From: a virus
Taxonomy: Duplodnaviria > Caudoviricetes
Reading direction: 5' to 3' (one strand)
DNA length: 42,190 nucleotides
Virus record (IMG/VR): IMGVR_UViG_3300017766_002183
Coordinates: 1-42,190 of that record
The notes under the pieces were generated by a model that did no database searches, had not been told where the DNA came from, and was given only the letters and a program-made list of their open reading frames with translations. Shown here piece by piece: positions 9,601 through 18,395 of this stretch (its first letter is position 1; the number at the start of each line of letters is the position of its first letter). Made by a program: the position numbers and the translations under genes.

Positions 9601-10596
9601 TTAGATCACGCGGGCCTCGGTGCCCAGCAGCGCATCGGAGCGGCGGCATGGGATACCGTCGAACGCCACCACCTTCTTGCCGCCAACGTCTTCCATGGTC
9701 AGGGTAGAAGCGGCCACCTTGCTGGTGATCTGGCGACGCAGGAAACTGCGCAGCTTGCGGTTCATGTAGAACGCCGGGCGGCCCATGCCCAGGTTAGGCA
9801 CCAGCTCGACGGCTTGAGTCATCAAGTCGATCAAGTCGGCGCCAGTAGTTGCGTTCTTGGTCAAGTCGCTCATGTCGATGTTGGCGATACGCACGACATA
9901 GCGCCAGTCGCGAAGTGTCAGGCCCATGTCCCACTTGTAGTGGGTGCGGTAGCCTTGATAGCGGCCGCCTTGGGCGTCGATCAGAGTTTGCTCGTTCAAA
10001 TCGCGGGCCTGCAGGCCTGCAGCGGAACCCTTGGGGTAAATGGTGTGGCAGGTGTTCGGACCCCACACCACCAACCAGATGGATGCGTTGTCGGAGCCGG
10101 TGCCGCCAGCGTCCACGATGTTCAAGGCGTTTTCAGCGCTCAGGCTGTTGTAGCGCGGTGCCAAGCCCATGAACTTCTCAGGGTCCAGGCTGCTGTCGCC
10201 GTAGAAGATGGTGCTGGCCGCGTTCTGGTTCATACCCTCAATAAACGCACGGTCCTCGGACATGCGCCAAGCGGCAGAGTTACCGTTCAGGTCGGCCAGC
10301 GCTTTGTCCACTTCCGCGTAGGTTTCCAGCATGCCCATGCTGTCCTTGATGGGCACGGTGCGGCTTGTTTCAGGCGGCACACCATAGTTCAGTTTGCGCC
10401 AAGTACCGGCAGGCAAACCAGACCGCACGGTCGTCTTGTGCTCGGTGAAGTTGTTGGCCTCGATCATGGTGATGTCGTCCAACATCTCGTTGGTTTCCGA
10501 CAGCATCTCGACGATGTTGGGGTCGATCTTGCCGTCCCCAGTCATGCGGCTGACGACGTTGGCCAATGTGGGGTTTGTTGTGGTAAGGGTTGCCAT
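9601..10596 (-). CDS. major capsid protein (BPP-1/epsilon15 type)
   Basis: IVEMLSETNEMLDD, EVDKALADLNGN and LTLRDWRYVVRIANID motifs; GGAG RBS. Confidence 0.92.
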   Translation of the reverse strand: MATLTTTNPTLANVVSRMTGDGKIDPNIVEMLSETNEMLDDITMIEANNFTEHKTTVRSGLPAGTWRKLNYGVPPETSRTVPIKDSMGMLETYAEVDKALADLNGNSAAWRMSEDRAFIEGMNQNAASTIFYGDSSLDPEKFMGLAPRYNSLSAENALNIVDAGGTGSDNASIWLVVWGPNTCHTIYPKGSAAGLQARDLNEQTLIDAQGGRYQGYRTHYKWDMGLTLRDWRYVVRIANIDMSDLTKNATTGADLIDLMTQAVELVPNLGMGRPAFYMNRKLRSFLRRQITSKVAASTLTMEDVGGKKVVAFDGIPCRRSDALLGTEARVI

Positions 10597-10610
10597 AGTT
10601 AGCTCCTAAA

Positions 10611-11297
10611 TTACGGGTTCATGTTGCTTGCTGCGTACAGGCGGCGGGCGTCGCCGGTTGTGTTCGGTGCGCCTTGGCTACCGTTCACAAATCCGTCAGC
10701 ACTCACGCGCTGCCCGACACGCGCAAAGAAGCGAATCACCTCGGGGTGATTGCCAAGTCGGGACTGCGCCAGCAGCTTGCTCAGTTCAGGGGTGCCCAGC
10801 TCTTTGAGAGCCTTCTGTCCGGCTGCGAGGCTGGCGTCCAGCTTGTCGCCACCGATCTCGGCATCGCTCTGGGTTGCAGCGGCCCACTCGTTGCCGCTTG
10901 CTTCCAAGGCTTTCACCTGTTCAGCCGCCCATTTCTGGGAGAGCTTCACCCCCAGATCAGCGACTTTCTGAGCGCTCTCTTGAGACAGCCCGAACTCCTT
11001 GGAGAGGTCGGCCAGCTCCGTAGTCACCTCGGTGTCCAAAGTCACGCCCTCGGGCAGCTTGAATTCGTAGGTTTCTGGGATTACTGGTGCTGCCGGTTTC
11101 TGCTCACCCGCGGGGGCTTGCTGATCAAGAGGCTGCTGGTTCGCATCGGCATCGGCACCCAAGAGGGTGGCGCTGGCCGGTGCTGCGTCAGCGGGTGGAT
11201 TGGTATTGGGCCCGCCGTCGGTGTTAGTGGTCGAACCGCCGCCAGCATCCCCTTCGGGATTGGCAGCGTTCAGCAATTTGTAGCGCTTATTTCGCAT
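10611..11297 (-). CDS. capsid scaffolding/assembly protein
   Basis: Pro/Ala-rich N-terminus, PETYEFKLPEG and LGNHPEVIRFF motifs; just upstream of the capsid gene; GAGGA RBS before ATG 11297. Confidence 0.8.
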   Translation of the reverse strand: MRNKRYKLLNAANPEGDAGGGSTTNTDGGPNTNPPADAAPASATLLGADADANQQPLDQQAPAGEQKPAAPVIPETYEFKLPEGVTLDTEVTTELADLSKEFGLSQESAQKVADLGVKLSQKWAAEQVKALEASGNEWAAATQSDAEIGGDKLDASLAAGQKALKELGTPELSKLLAQSRLGNHPEVIRFFARVGQRVSADGFVNGSQGAPNTTGDARRLYAASNMNP

Positions 11298-11598
11298 TGG
11301 ATTCCTCAAGCATCAGCACATACTTCTCGGGGCATGTGGCGTGGATCAATGCCAGCATCCGAAGCCCCTCGTTCTTGGCACCGTCGTTGAACGCCATTTG
11401 CATGCTGTTGGTGCTGAAACTGAGGCGAAACACCCCTGCCCGCTCCAACAGCCGCCAGACGATCCGACGGCCCTTCTCGCCACTCATCAACCACTTGATG
11501 TCGCCCTCTTCGGTCTTAGCTTTCAGCTCGTCGCGCGTTGCGCGGTCCTTGCGGCTTCGCTCTTGAGATTGGACATCTGTGGGGTCTTCGTAGCTCAC
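11287..11598 (-). CDS. Bbp19-like head-module protein
   Basis: DIKWLMSGEKGRRIVWRLLERAGVF...MAFNDG motif; start reassigned to GTG 11598, downstream of the terminator and promoter. Confidence 0.75.
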   Translation of the reverse strand: MSYEDPTDVQSQERSRKDRATRDELKAKTEEGDIKWLMSGEKGRRIVWRLLERAGVFRLSFSTNSMQMAFNDGAKNEGLRMLALIHATCPEKYVLMLEESNAK

Positions 11599-11604
11599 GC
11601 CTGC

Positions 11605-11637
11605 ATAGTGCTCGGGGCGGGCAAAGTTACGCGCACC
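11605..11637 (-). promoter_or_regulatory. putative late promoter GGTGCGCGTA-N17-CACTAT
   Basis: Conserved 10-mer at 11628-11637, immediately after a terminator and upstream of the scaffold-capsid operon. Confidence 0.72.
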
Positions 11638-11648
11638 GCATGTGCGTG

Positions 11649-11670
11649 AAAAAGCCACCCGAAGGTGGCT
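11649..11670 (-). terminator. intrinsic terminator after tailspike-like gene
   Basis: Minus strand reads AGCCACC-TTCG-GGTGGCT-TTTT: perfect stem, UUCG tetraloop, U-tract. Confidence 0.88.
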
Positions 11671-11699
11671 CTTGCAATCCCCGTGCTGAGGGGAGAGGT

Positions 11700-13310
11700 T
11701 TACAAAATCCAAGCCATTACATCGTCAATATCGACTGTGGCGGTGTTTGCGCCGCTCCAAATGTCTATACGAACTTTGGCGGCCCCTCTAGGCGCACGGT
11801 ACCAAGAAGACGATTTGTTATAGCCGCCCACCGCGTTGTAAGAAACGGCATCGAAGTTTTGGATAAGGTTTCCGCCTACGTCTAAGAACCGAATTCTGAC
11901 AAAGACGCCGCCACTGGCTAGAGCCGTGACTTTTAGGTTCAGCTCAGCCATCAAAATTTGCGCAGGCAGTATGGGCAGCTCGTAGTAGAAATCAGAGGAA
12001 GCGGCACCAGTCCAAATTCCGCGAATCGAGTTACCACCAGCAATACCCTGACCAACACCCACGGACACAGCAACGTTGCCGCTAACTGGGGTCCACGGTG
12101 TAGCCACGGGCGTCCCAGCATCTTGCCCCTGATAAATCAAATTCGCGTAGCTTGAAATCTTTGGCTGCTGCGCAGACCCACCAGTCGCCAGAACAGTCGC
12201 GCCGACATAAGTAATTTTTGGGAGCCCAGAAACAACCGTAATCATTTCGGTTGTCATCTGATATGCGTACCAATGGGCGGACGAAACATCCACAAAACAG
12301 CGATCCCCTGTAACGCTAATTAGCGTCGGACGTCCTGGAGCAACCTCTGTGTTTGAAATATCACCCGCAATATGTAGCTCCACCCAATCACCAGCGCCGG
12401 TCCCATCCAGTTGGAACATGGGTGATGCCTTGTTGTTTTCTAGGTTCCCGCCAAAAATCTTCAAGCGCCCCGACTGCATTACTGCATTGATGTCGTTGTA
12501 GTCCAGCGAAGTCCCGAACAGGTGCAACTGATTTGCGCCACCGGCTCCCATAAAAATTCCGGTTCCTGTGAGCCCCGCATTTGCGCAGTCGGAGATACGC
12601 CCGCCAAACATCGAAAGGTTTTCCCCAGCGTACTGAGAGCCGGGGTAATTCAAGCCGTATCGTTTGGCACCGACGATGCTTACGTTATAAAGATGATTGA
12701 TGTACGCACCACGGTCGTAAAAAATTCCGTCTCGAAATCCTTTTATGAGTAGGTTTCGGAACGACATGCCAGTTATTACGCCGGTTCCCGCTACGACACG
12801 ATCAATCTTGATGCCGTCTACTGTTGTGGCGTCAGCCGCTGGGCCTTTGATATAGCCATTGCACAGGACGTCCCGAATATTGGCGTACTCGCCATAAGGG
12901 TCAAGTGGCGGATTAACTGTGATGGCAACCCCAGAAGTCATACCACTAAAGTCAAGGATGGAGCCGTTTAGGTCAATGGACACGGCTCCAGCCCTAAATG
13001 TGATTCCACTATTCAGCTTTACCGTGCAACCTTGGGGCAGCTTAAAGTCTTTTCTGTTGGTTTCAGACGCATTGTTAATTGCCGCCTGAAATGCGGCGGC
13101 ATCATCCACTACGCCATCAGCCTGAATTTCAATAAAGCTGCTTATACCCGACTTGCCGCCACCCGCCAACAATGCCGCCCCCCCGGTGAAAGGATTGGTT
13201 TTTAAAGTGGGCACCAGGTTCTCGCGGCCTTGCGCATCCAACACGCCGACGTATTCACCGGTAACAAAGTCGAATAGGTCCGCGCTCTCGCCGGTTTTGT
13301 AGTTGCTCAT
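11700..13310 (-). CDS. tailspike/depolymerase-like protein (pectin-lyase-type beta-helix, probable C-terminal carbohydrate-binding domain)
   Basis: ADGVVDDAAAFQAAIN beta-helix entry motif, Gly/Asn-rich strand repeats, C-terminal APRGAAKVRIDI...VDIDDV jelly-roll signature. Confidence 0.75.
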   Translation of the reverse strand: MSNYKTGESADLFDFVTGEYVGVLDAQGRENLVPTLKTNPFTGGAALLAGGGKSGISSFIEIQADGVVDDAAAFQAAINNASETNRKDFKLPQGCTVKLNSGITFRAGAVSIDLNGSILDFSGMTSGVAITVNPPLDPYGEYANIRDVLCNGYIKGPAADATTVDGIKIDRVVAGTGVITGMSFRNLLIKGFRDGIFYDRGAYINHLYNVSIVGAKRYGLNYPGSQYAGENLSMFGGRISDCANAGLTGTGIFMGAGGANQLHLFGTSLDYNDINAVMQSGRLKIFGGNLENNKASPMFQLDGTGAGDWVELHIAGDISNTEVAPGRPTLISVTGDRCFVDVSSAHWYAYQMTTEMITVVSGLPKITYVGATVLATGGSAQQPKISSYANLIYQGQDAGTPVATPWTPVSGNVAVSVGVGQGIAGGNSIRGIWTGAASSDFYYELPILPAQILMAELNLKVTALASGGVFVRIRFLDVGGNLIQNFDAVSYNAVGGYNKSSSWYRAPRGAAKVRIDIWSGANTATVDIDDVMAWIL

Positions 13311-13312
13311 GG

Positions 13313-14989
13313 TCAGACTCCAGTGGTGTAACCGGTCAGCGCTTGCATGATGTCGTTGCCTGCGTTGCCGGTGGGGGTTTGTACGGTGCCCAGCTTCTGG
13401 GCGGTGGATGCCATCTGCTCGGCCTGTTCGGCTTGGGCTTGCGCTGCCTGAGCTTGTGCCCGTGCTGCGCGCAAGGCTTCCACCTTGTCGCCCGGCACCA
13501 CCAACTCGGGGTTGACACCCAGCATGTCGGCATACTCGTCGGCCCAGCGGTCGGCGTCCAGCTTGTCCAGCACGTCGGGCTTGAACTGAGCAACTTGGCC
13601 CAGGTTGAGTAGAAAGCGGTCCACGCTGTTGGTGGCCACTGCGCGCTGGGCCTGGGCGAATACGCTCACGAATTCAACCGAGAGCTCGGTGCCCTGCAGC
13701 TCTTCCGGTGCGGGTGGCACGATGCCAGCGTCCACCATGTAGTCGAACGCCAGCTCGATCAGCGGGCCGTGCAGTTCGCTCTGCATGCGTCCACCTACCG
13801 GACCCAGCAGCAGCATCTTTTCCTCGTTGCGCATGGCGGCCTCGGTGGCCGTCAATCGGGTGTCGGTGTTGCCCGACAGCATCAAGAACACGTTGGCGAA
13901 GAACCGCGCACGGATGCGCTCGCGCACGTCCACGATGTCGGCCAGCAAGTGGTTCAGATCCAGCCGGGTGTCGAAAGCGGTGCGGATGCCGTTGCCTGCA
14001 CCCACTTGATCCACGAAACTCACACCGCCAGGCAAGGTGTCGATCTCGCGGTTCTTCATGCCCGAGGGTGCTTGCAACGGGGGCTTGGTCATGTAGTCAA
14101 TGCCCTGCGCCTTGCGCAGCTGCTCGTGCTGCAGCTGCTTGATGTCACCCAGCGCGGACATGGCCGGGCTGTTGCCGTACACGTTGCCGCTGCGCACGAT
14201 CCAGCGAGGGATCAGGCACGGGAAACGCTTGAAGCCGCCCTCTCGCAGCAGCTTCTCACTGTTGTCGCCCAGCTCAAAGTAGACCGAAGCCCACGGCATG
14301 TTCTTGGAGTCGATCTTGCCCGGGTCGCGGTCCTTGCGCGGTTCGATGGCGTGCAGCACCGTCACCCACTGGCCCAGACGGCCGGCGATGTGCGCGTTGC
14401 GGGTGTTCTCGCTCACGTTTTCGATGCCGAACTCATCCACGATCTGGGCCACCGTCATCTGGAACTCGCGGTAAAGCGTGTCCGGGTTGCCCTTGTAGTC
14501 TGTGGCGATAGCGAATTCGCCAATGGTCAGGACGTGGTGGTGGATCACGTTCTTGAAGTCGGGCAGCACGATGGACACCGATGTGCCAAAGGCCCCCAGC
14601 TCTTCATACATCGTGGACATGGCCAGATAGGTGTTCGACTTTTGGAACACCATCTGCATCAAGCGCGTGACTTTGGACAGCCACAGCTTGACGTTCGCAG
14701 ACTCGTCCAGCTCTGGGCGCCCGGTGGTGTGTCGAAACCACGGCCGCGCAGGGCTGGCCATGATGGACTGCGAGCCAGACACCAGCACGTCCAGCGCGTC
14801 GGTGCCGGTGGAGTCCAAGATGCTGTTGTATTTCTTCTGGCCCTTGTTGCGGTCTTCCAGAAAGAAACGGCCGGATCGCGGCAGCAGGTACTCGCTGATC
14901 TCTTGCCAGTGCGGCATCCACGTCGAGCGCTCGTTCTGCAGCTCGGTCCAGCGCTGCCGGTACCTGTTGGTGGTTTGCGGTGCGGCCAT
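13313..14989 (-). CDS. portal (head-tail connector) protein
   Basis: SPARPWF, YGNSPAMSALGDIKQLQ and TATE...EEKMLLLGPV motifs of T7/BPP-1-type connectors. Confidence 0.93.
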   Translation of the reverse strand: MAAPQTTNRYRQRWTELQNERSTWMPHWQEISEYLLPRSGRFFLEDRNKGQKKYNSILDSTGTDALDVLVSGSQSIMASPARPWFRHTTGRPELDESANVKLWLSKVTRLMQMVFQKSNTYLAMSTMYEELGAFGTSVSIVLPDFKNVIHHHVLTIGEFAIATDYKGNPDTLYREFQMTVAQIVDEFGIENVSENTRNAHIAGRLGQWVTVLHAIEPRKDRDPGKIDSKNMPWASVYFELGDNSEKLLREGGFKRFPCLIPRWIVRSGNVYGNSPAMSALGDIKQLQHEQLRKAQGIDYMTKPPLQAPSGMKNREIDTLPGGVSFVDQVGAGNGIRTAFDTRLDLNHLLADIVDVRERIRARFFANVFLMLSGNTDTRLTATEAAMRNEEKMLLLGPVGGRMQSELHGPLIELAFDYMVDAGIVPPAPEELQGTELSVEFVSVFAQAQRAVATNSVDRFLLNLGQVAQFKPDVLDKLDADRWADEYADMLGVNPELVVPGDKVEALRAARAQAQAAQAQAEQAEQMASTAQKLGTVQTPTGNAGNDIMQALTGYTTGV

Positions 14990-14992
14990 GTG

Positions 14993-15448
14993 TTAGCCAC
15001 CCAGCAGTGTGGTGCGCCCCAGCAACAAGGCCTTGGGGTCGATACCTTGAGGGCCGGTCAACATGGTGCTGCCCACCCCGCCCTTGGCGTCCAGCGTGTT
15101 CTGGCTGGATAGGCCCATGAGGTCGGGGGTGCGGGCGTTGGCCCGGTTCGCGGCCTGCTCTGCTGCGGTGGCGGTCTTGGTGGCCGCGTCCTTGGCTTGC
15201 TGGTTGGCTTGAGTCTGCAAAGCCAGTGCGGCCTCGCTGGCCGTTTTGTTCTGTGCGTTGGCCTGCTTTTGCAGCTCCAGCGCTTGGGCAGGTTTGTCGA
15301 TCAGGGTGTCGCCAGCGACTGCGCCAGCTACACCCCCCGCCGCGGCCGCTGTACCTGCGGTAAGACCCAGCGAAGCCCCGCCCGTGGCGTAAGCCAGTGC
15401 TGCGCCGCCAATCGCGCCCAGCACTGCACCGGTGTTTTTGTCGCACAT
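14993..15448 (-). CDS. small virion-associated protein upstream of portal
   Basis: MC start, Ala/Gln-rich body, C-terminal STMLTGPQG...TLLGG as seen before portals in this phage group. Confidence 0.7.
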   Translation of the reverse strand: MCDKNTGAVLGAIGGAALAYATGGASLGLTAGTAAAAGGVAGAVAGDTLIDKPAQALELQKQANAQNKTASEAALALQTQANQQAKDAATKTATAAEQAANRANARTPDLMGLSSQNTLDAKGGVGSTMLTGPQGIDPKALLLGRTTLLGG

Positions 15449-15457
15449 AGCACGCCC

Positions 15458-17011
15458 CTATCGATTCATTGATTCGTAGGGATCATGTTCTCGGCGTTGG
15501 TTGCTACGCGCACCCCCGTCGGGCGGCGGGGCTGGGTGATCCGGCACGGGGAAGGCGAACGTGAGGGCCAGCGCGTCGCCGTCGTCGGGGCTGGGCAGTC
15601 CGCGCTGCTTCATGTGCTCCTTGCTTTCGAGCTGGATCTGGTCGGCCGCGGTGTACTGGTATTCCACGTTAGTCAGGTCAGTGGCCAGCAGCTCGTCCTT
15701 GGTCAAGCTGCCGATAGCCAGCCAATCCTTGACCCGCCCCCACATCTCGGCCCGCTTGTTCAGGTACTTGCGTGTGTCGTCGGCCTTGCCCCCGAACTGC
15801 ACCTCTACCACGTCGTAGTTCATTTGGCGCAGCCGGTCCACCACACCGCCACCCACACCGCCGCCGTCAATGAACACCACGGTGCGCAGGCCTAGACTGT
15901 GCAGGTAATCGATGTGTTCGGCCACCCTACTGGCCAGCTGCATGGTGTCGAGCTCGCGGAATCGCTTGACAGGGAAGGCGTCGCCGTTGCGCCCTATGCG
16001 TGTGCGGATCACGCTCTGGTCGTCGCCGAACCGCGCCACGTCCACGCCCACCGCTGCAGTGCGGCCGTGATGGCGTTCGTCCGGTGCTGGCCGTGCCATG
16101 GCGACGTCCACCAGCTCGCGCGGAATGAATTGCAGGCTGGAAGCGTTCGGGAACACCCCACGCACCCGTACCTTCACGAAGTCGCTGTTTTCGCCGTAGT
16201 CGCGCACCCAGCCGTCCAGCGTGGCCTTATTGGTGATGGCCACCGTGCGGCTGTCAATCTGCCGGTTATTCCAGCGGTGGCGGTGCTTGCCGAAGCAATC
16301 GGCGAACGCGCCCGTGTTGCGGGTTGGGTTGCCGAATGCAAAGTGCATAGGCTCGCCGTCAGTTTTGCCGCCCTCGGCCACCTGCCAGATCGCGCTGGGG
16401 ATCGCGCTCGCCTCATCGAACAGATACCACGGGGTGCTGCTCGCTGCGTGCAGGCCGGCGAACGACTCGCTGTTCTCTTCCCGGCTGGTCTGGGCATCCA
16501 CCCGCCAGCTGTCGGGGTGCTGGTTGTGCGTCAAGCGCATGGCGCCCTTGCCGGTAGTGATGGTGAACCAGTGCTTGTTAACGGCCTTGGACAGCCAGGA
16601 CGACACACCCGCCCAGGTCTTGCTGGATAGCTGCTCCGCGGTGTTAGCCGTCACCACGCCCTTGGAATGTGGCCTGGTGCTCATGATCCACAGCACCAGC
16701 CACGCAGCCATTGCTGACTTGCCAATGCCGTGCCCTGAGCTGATGGCGTACTGGATCGGCTCGACTGCGTTGATGCCATCGAATCCCCGCTCGCGCACCT
16801 TCTGGCCTAGGTCGGTAAGGAAGTCGCAGGCCCAGAGATCCGGGCCGTACTCGCTGCCATAGATCAAGTCGTATGGGCTGGGCAGCTTCACCAGCTGGAT
16901 CGACTTGTCGGTGTCCCAAGGAAAGCAGTACAAAACGAAGCCCAATGGGTCGTCGTAGAACTGCGCCAGATCACTGGCCAGCTGGGTGTCGAGCTCAGCT
17001 ACTGAGGCCAC
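15458..17011 (-). CDS. terL: terminase large subunit
   Basis: Walker A SGHGIGKS, Walker B YLFDEAS, FGNPTR, nuclease motifs GVDVARFGDD and SPDDGDALALTF. Confidence 0.95.
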   Translation of the reverse strand: MASVAELDTQLASDLAQFYDDPLGFVLYCFPWDTDKSIQLVKLPSPYDLIYGSEYGPDLWACDFLTDLGQKVRERGFDGINAVEPIQYAISSGHGIGKSAMAAWLVLWIMSTRPHSKGVVTANTAEQLSSKTWAGVSSWLSKAVNKHWFTITTGKGAMRLTHNQHPDSWRVDAQTSREENSESFAGLHAASSTPWYLFDEASAIPSAIWQVAEGGKTDGEPMHFAFGNPTRNTGAFADCFGKHRHRWNNRQIDSRTVAITNKATLDGWVRDYGENSDFVKVRVRGVFPNASSLQFIPRELVDVAMARPAPDERHHGRTAAVGVDVARFGDDQSVIRTRIGRNGDAFPVKRFRELDTMQLASRVAEHIDYLHSLGLRTVVFIDGGGVGGGVVDRLRQMNYDVVEVQFGGKADDTRKYLNKRAEMWGRVKDWLAIGSLTKDELLATDLTNVEYQYTAADQIQLESKEHMKQRGLPSPDDGDALALTFAFPVPDHPAPPPDGGARSNQRREHDPYESMNR

Positions 17012-17429
17012 TGCGCTTACGGGCAGCCAGAAGGCCCGCCGCTATGTCCACCGCACCGCTGTGCTCGATCTGCTGCTTGTCACCGTACACCTTGGGCAGC
17101 ATCTTCGCCAGCATCCACTTGCGAGCTTCCACCTGCAGGCGGCGGTGCTCGATCATGTCGCCCTCAGTGATCTCCAGCCCGGTGGCCTTGCTCACGCTCT
17201 TGGTGCCAATCATCGGGGTGTCAGCAATGTGCAGTATTTCCTCGGCTAGGCGTTCATAACCCAGTTCCCTCGCGCGCGCATACTGCGCAGCGAACCCTTC
17301 GATGTCGTCCTTAGCCCATGCTCGCACCGTGGACTCGGCTGGCATGTGCGGATCTTCGCAAATCCCGCGCAGCGATTCGCCCTCAGCGAGGCGGCTGCAG
17401 ATCTCGGTGGCAATGGCTTTATCGAACAT
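16995..17429 (-). CDS. terS: terminase small subunit
   Basis: EICSRLAEGESLRGIC HTH and RLQVEARKWMLAKMLPKVYGDK motif; overlaps terL start. Confidence 0.92.
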   Translation of the reverse strand: MFDKAIATEICSRLAEGESLRGICEDPHMPAESTVRAWAKDDIEGFAAQYARARELGYERLAEEILHIADTPMIGTKSVSKATGLEITEGDMIEHRRLQVEARKWMLAKMLPKVYGDKQQIEHSGAVDIAAGLLAARKRSGLSS

Positions 17430-17435
17430 GTACCC

Positions 17436-17468
17436 ACTGTGCCCTGCGCCCCGAGCCCTACGCGCACC
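17436..17468 (-). promoter_or_regulatory. putative late promoter GGTGCGCGTA-N17-CACAGT
   Basis: Conserved 10-mer at 17459-17468 directly upstream of terS. Confidence 0.72.
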
Positions 17469-17653
17469 TATCGGCGCCGATAGGTCAGGATGTCGCGGAT
17501 CGTGCGTATCGGCATCTCCATCTTCGCCGACAGCCTGCGGTATCCCAGCCCTTCCTCGTGCAGCTTGCGCACCAGCTCGACCTCGCGGTCGGTGTACCGG
17601 GCGTTGTGGTGGTTCTCACCCACTCGTCGAACTCTGACTCGTTGTTTGACCAT
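17468..17653 (-). CDS. small HTH protein, candidate late-gene activator
   Basis: GENHHNARYTDREV...GLGYRRLSAKMEMPIRTIRDIL HTH; AAGGA RBS before ATG 17653; last gene before the late module. The activator role is inference. Confidence 0.7.
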   Translation of the reverse strand: MVKQRVRVRRVGENHHNARYTDREVELVRKLHEEGLGYRRLSAKMEMPIRTIRDILTYRRR

Positions 17654-17694
17654 TTTGTTATCCTTCACAAAATTAATTTGTAGGGAGTAAGAAC

Positions 17695-18009
17695 ATGAAA
17701 CGCATCGCCACCATCGCCCTCGTGCTGTCCCTCACCGGCTGCGCTACCACGCTCACCGACAAGGCCGCGAAGATCCAAGTTCACAGCCAGATGAGCACCC
17801 TGCTCACGGCATGCAAGGTGCTGGGCCCTGTAACGGGCCAAGGCGAAGACGTTTGGATGGGCCCCAACGGATCGGCCCCCAAGGCCAAAGTGGCAGCGCG
17901 TGAGGCCGTGGCAGACAAGGGTGGCGATACCTTGGTCATCACCAACACCGACCTGTTCGATGGTGGCTCCAAGGCCACGGTGCAGGGCACCGCGTTGCGC
18001 TGCTACTGA
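17695..18009 (+). CDS. lipoprotein (DUF4156-like), possible lysogenic-conversion or exclusion factor
   Basis: MKR plus hydrophobic core and LTGC lipobox; GGAG RBS; opposite strand to its neighbours. Confidence 0.8.
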   Translation: MKRIATIALVLSLTGCATTLTDKAAKIQVHSQMSTLLTACKVLGPVTGQGEDVWMGPNGSAPKAKVAAREAVADKGGDTLVITNTDLFDGGSKATVQGTALRCY

Positions 18010-18011
18010 TC

Positions 18012-18200
18012 TCACCCCTCCACCTCGGGCTTGAACTTCTCAGGGAAGCGCAGCCGCCCCAAGCGCTCCGCTTCCTCGATGGCCTTGAGCCTTTGCAACG
18101 GCTCAGGGATAGCCGCGGCTCGCACCAGGGCTGCCCGAATGTCAAAGGGCAAGGCGAGACTCACCTCGGGCATATTTGCAAAATTTTGCGTGTTCGTCAT
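18012..18200 (-). CDS. hypothetical protein, 62 aa
   Basis: MTNTQNFANMPEVSLALPF...; AGGTG RBS. The upstream extension in the ORF track is repeat-derived. Confidence 0.6.
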   Translation of the reverse strand: MTNTQNFANMPEVSLALPFDIRAALVRAAAIPEPLQRLKAIEEAERLGRLRFPEKFKPEVEG

Positions 18201-18394
18201 GGGTTCACCTGTTTGTAAAAATTTGCAGATAGCTGCTCGTGCCACGCCACTGGCGCGCCACATCTGCCACACCCCTAAAGGGTGTTGTGGCATTTGTGGC
18301 ATTGGCGGCACCACGAATGCGCCACTTGTGGCAACTTGTGGCAGATGTGGCAGTAAAAATTTGCACGTTTAACGCGCTTGTTTTTGCGTGTTCG
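18184..18394. repeat. iteron-like repeat cluster, candidate replication origin
   Basis: Multiple TGTGGCA/TGCCACA copies in inverted arrangement, two pairs of 13-bp AT-rich direct repeats, directly downstream of the primase-helicase gene. Confidence 0.6.
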
Positions 18395-18395
18395 C

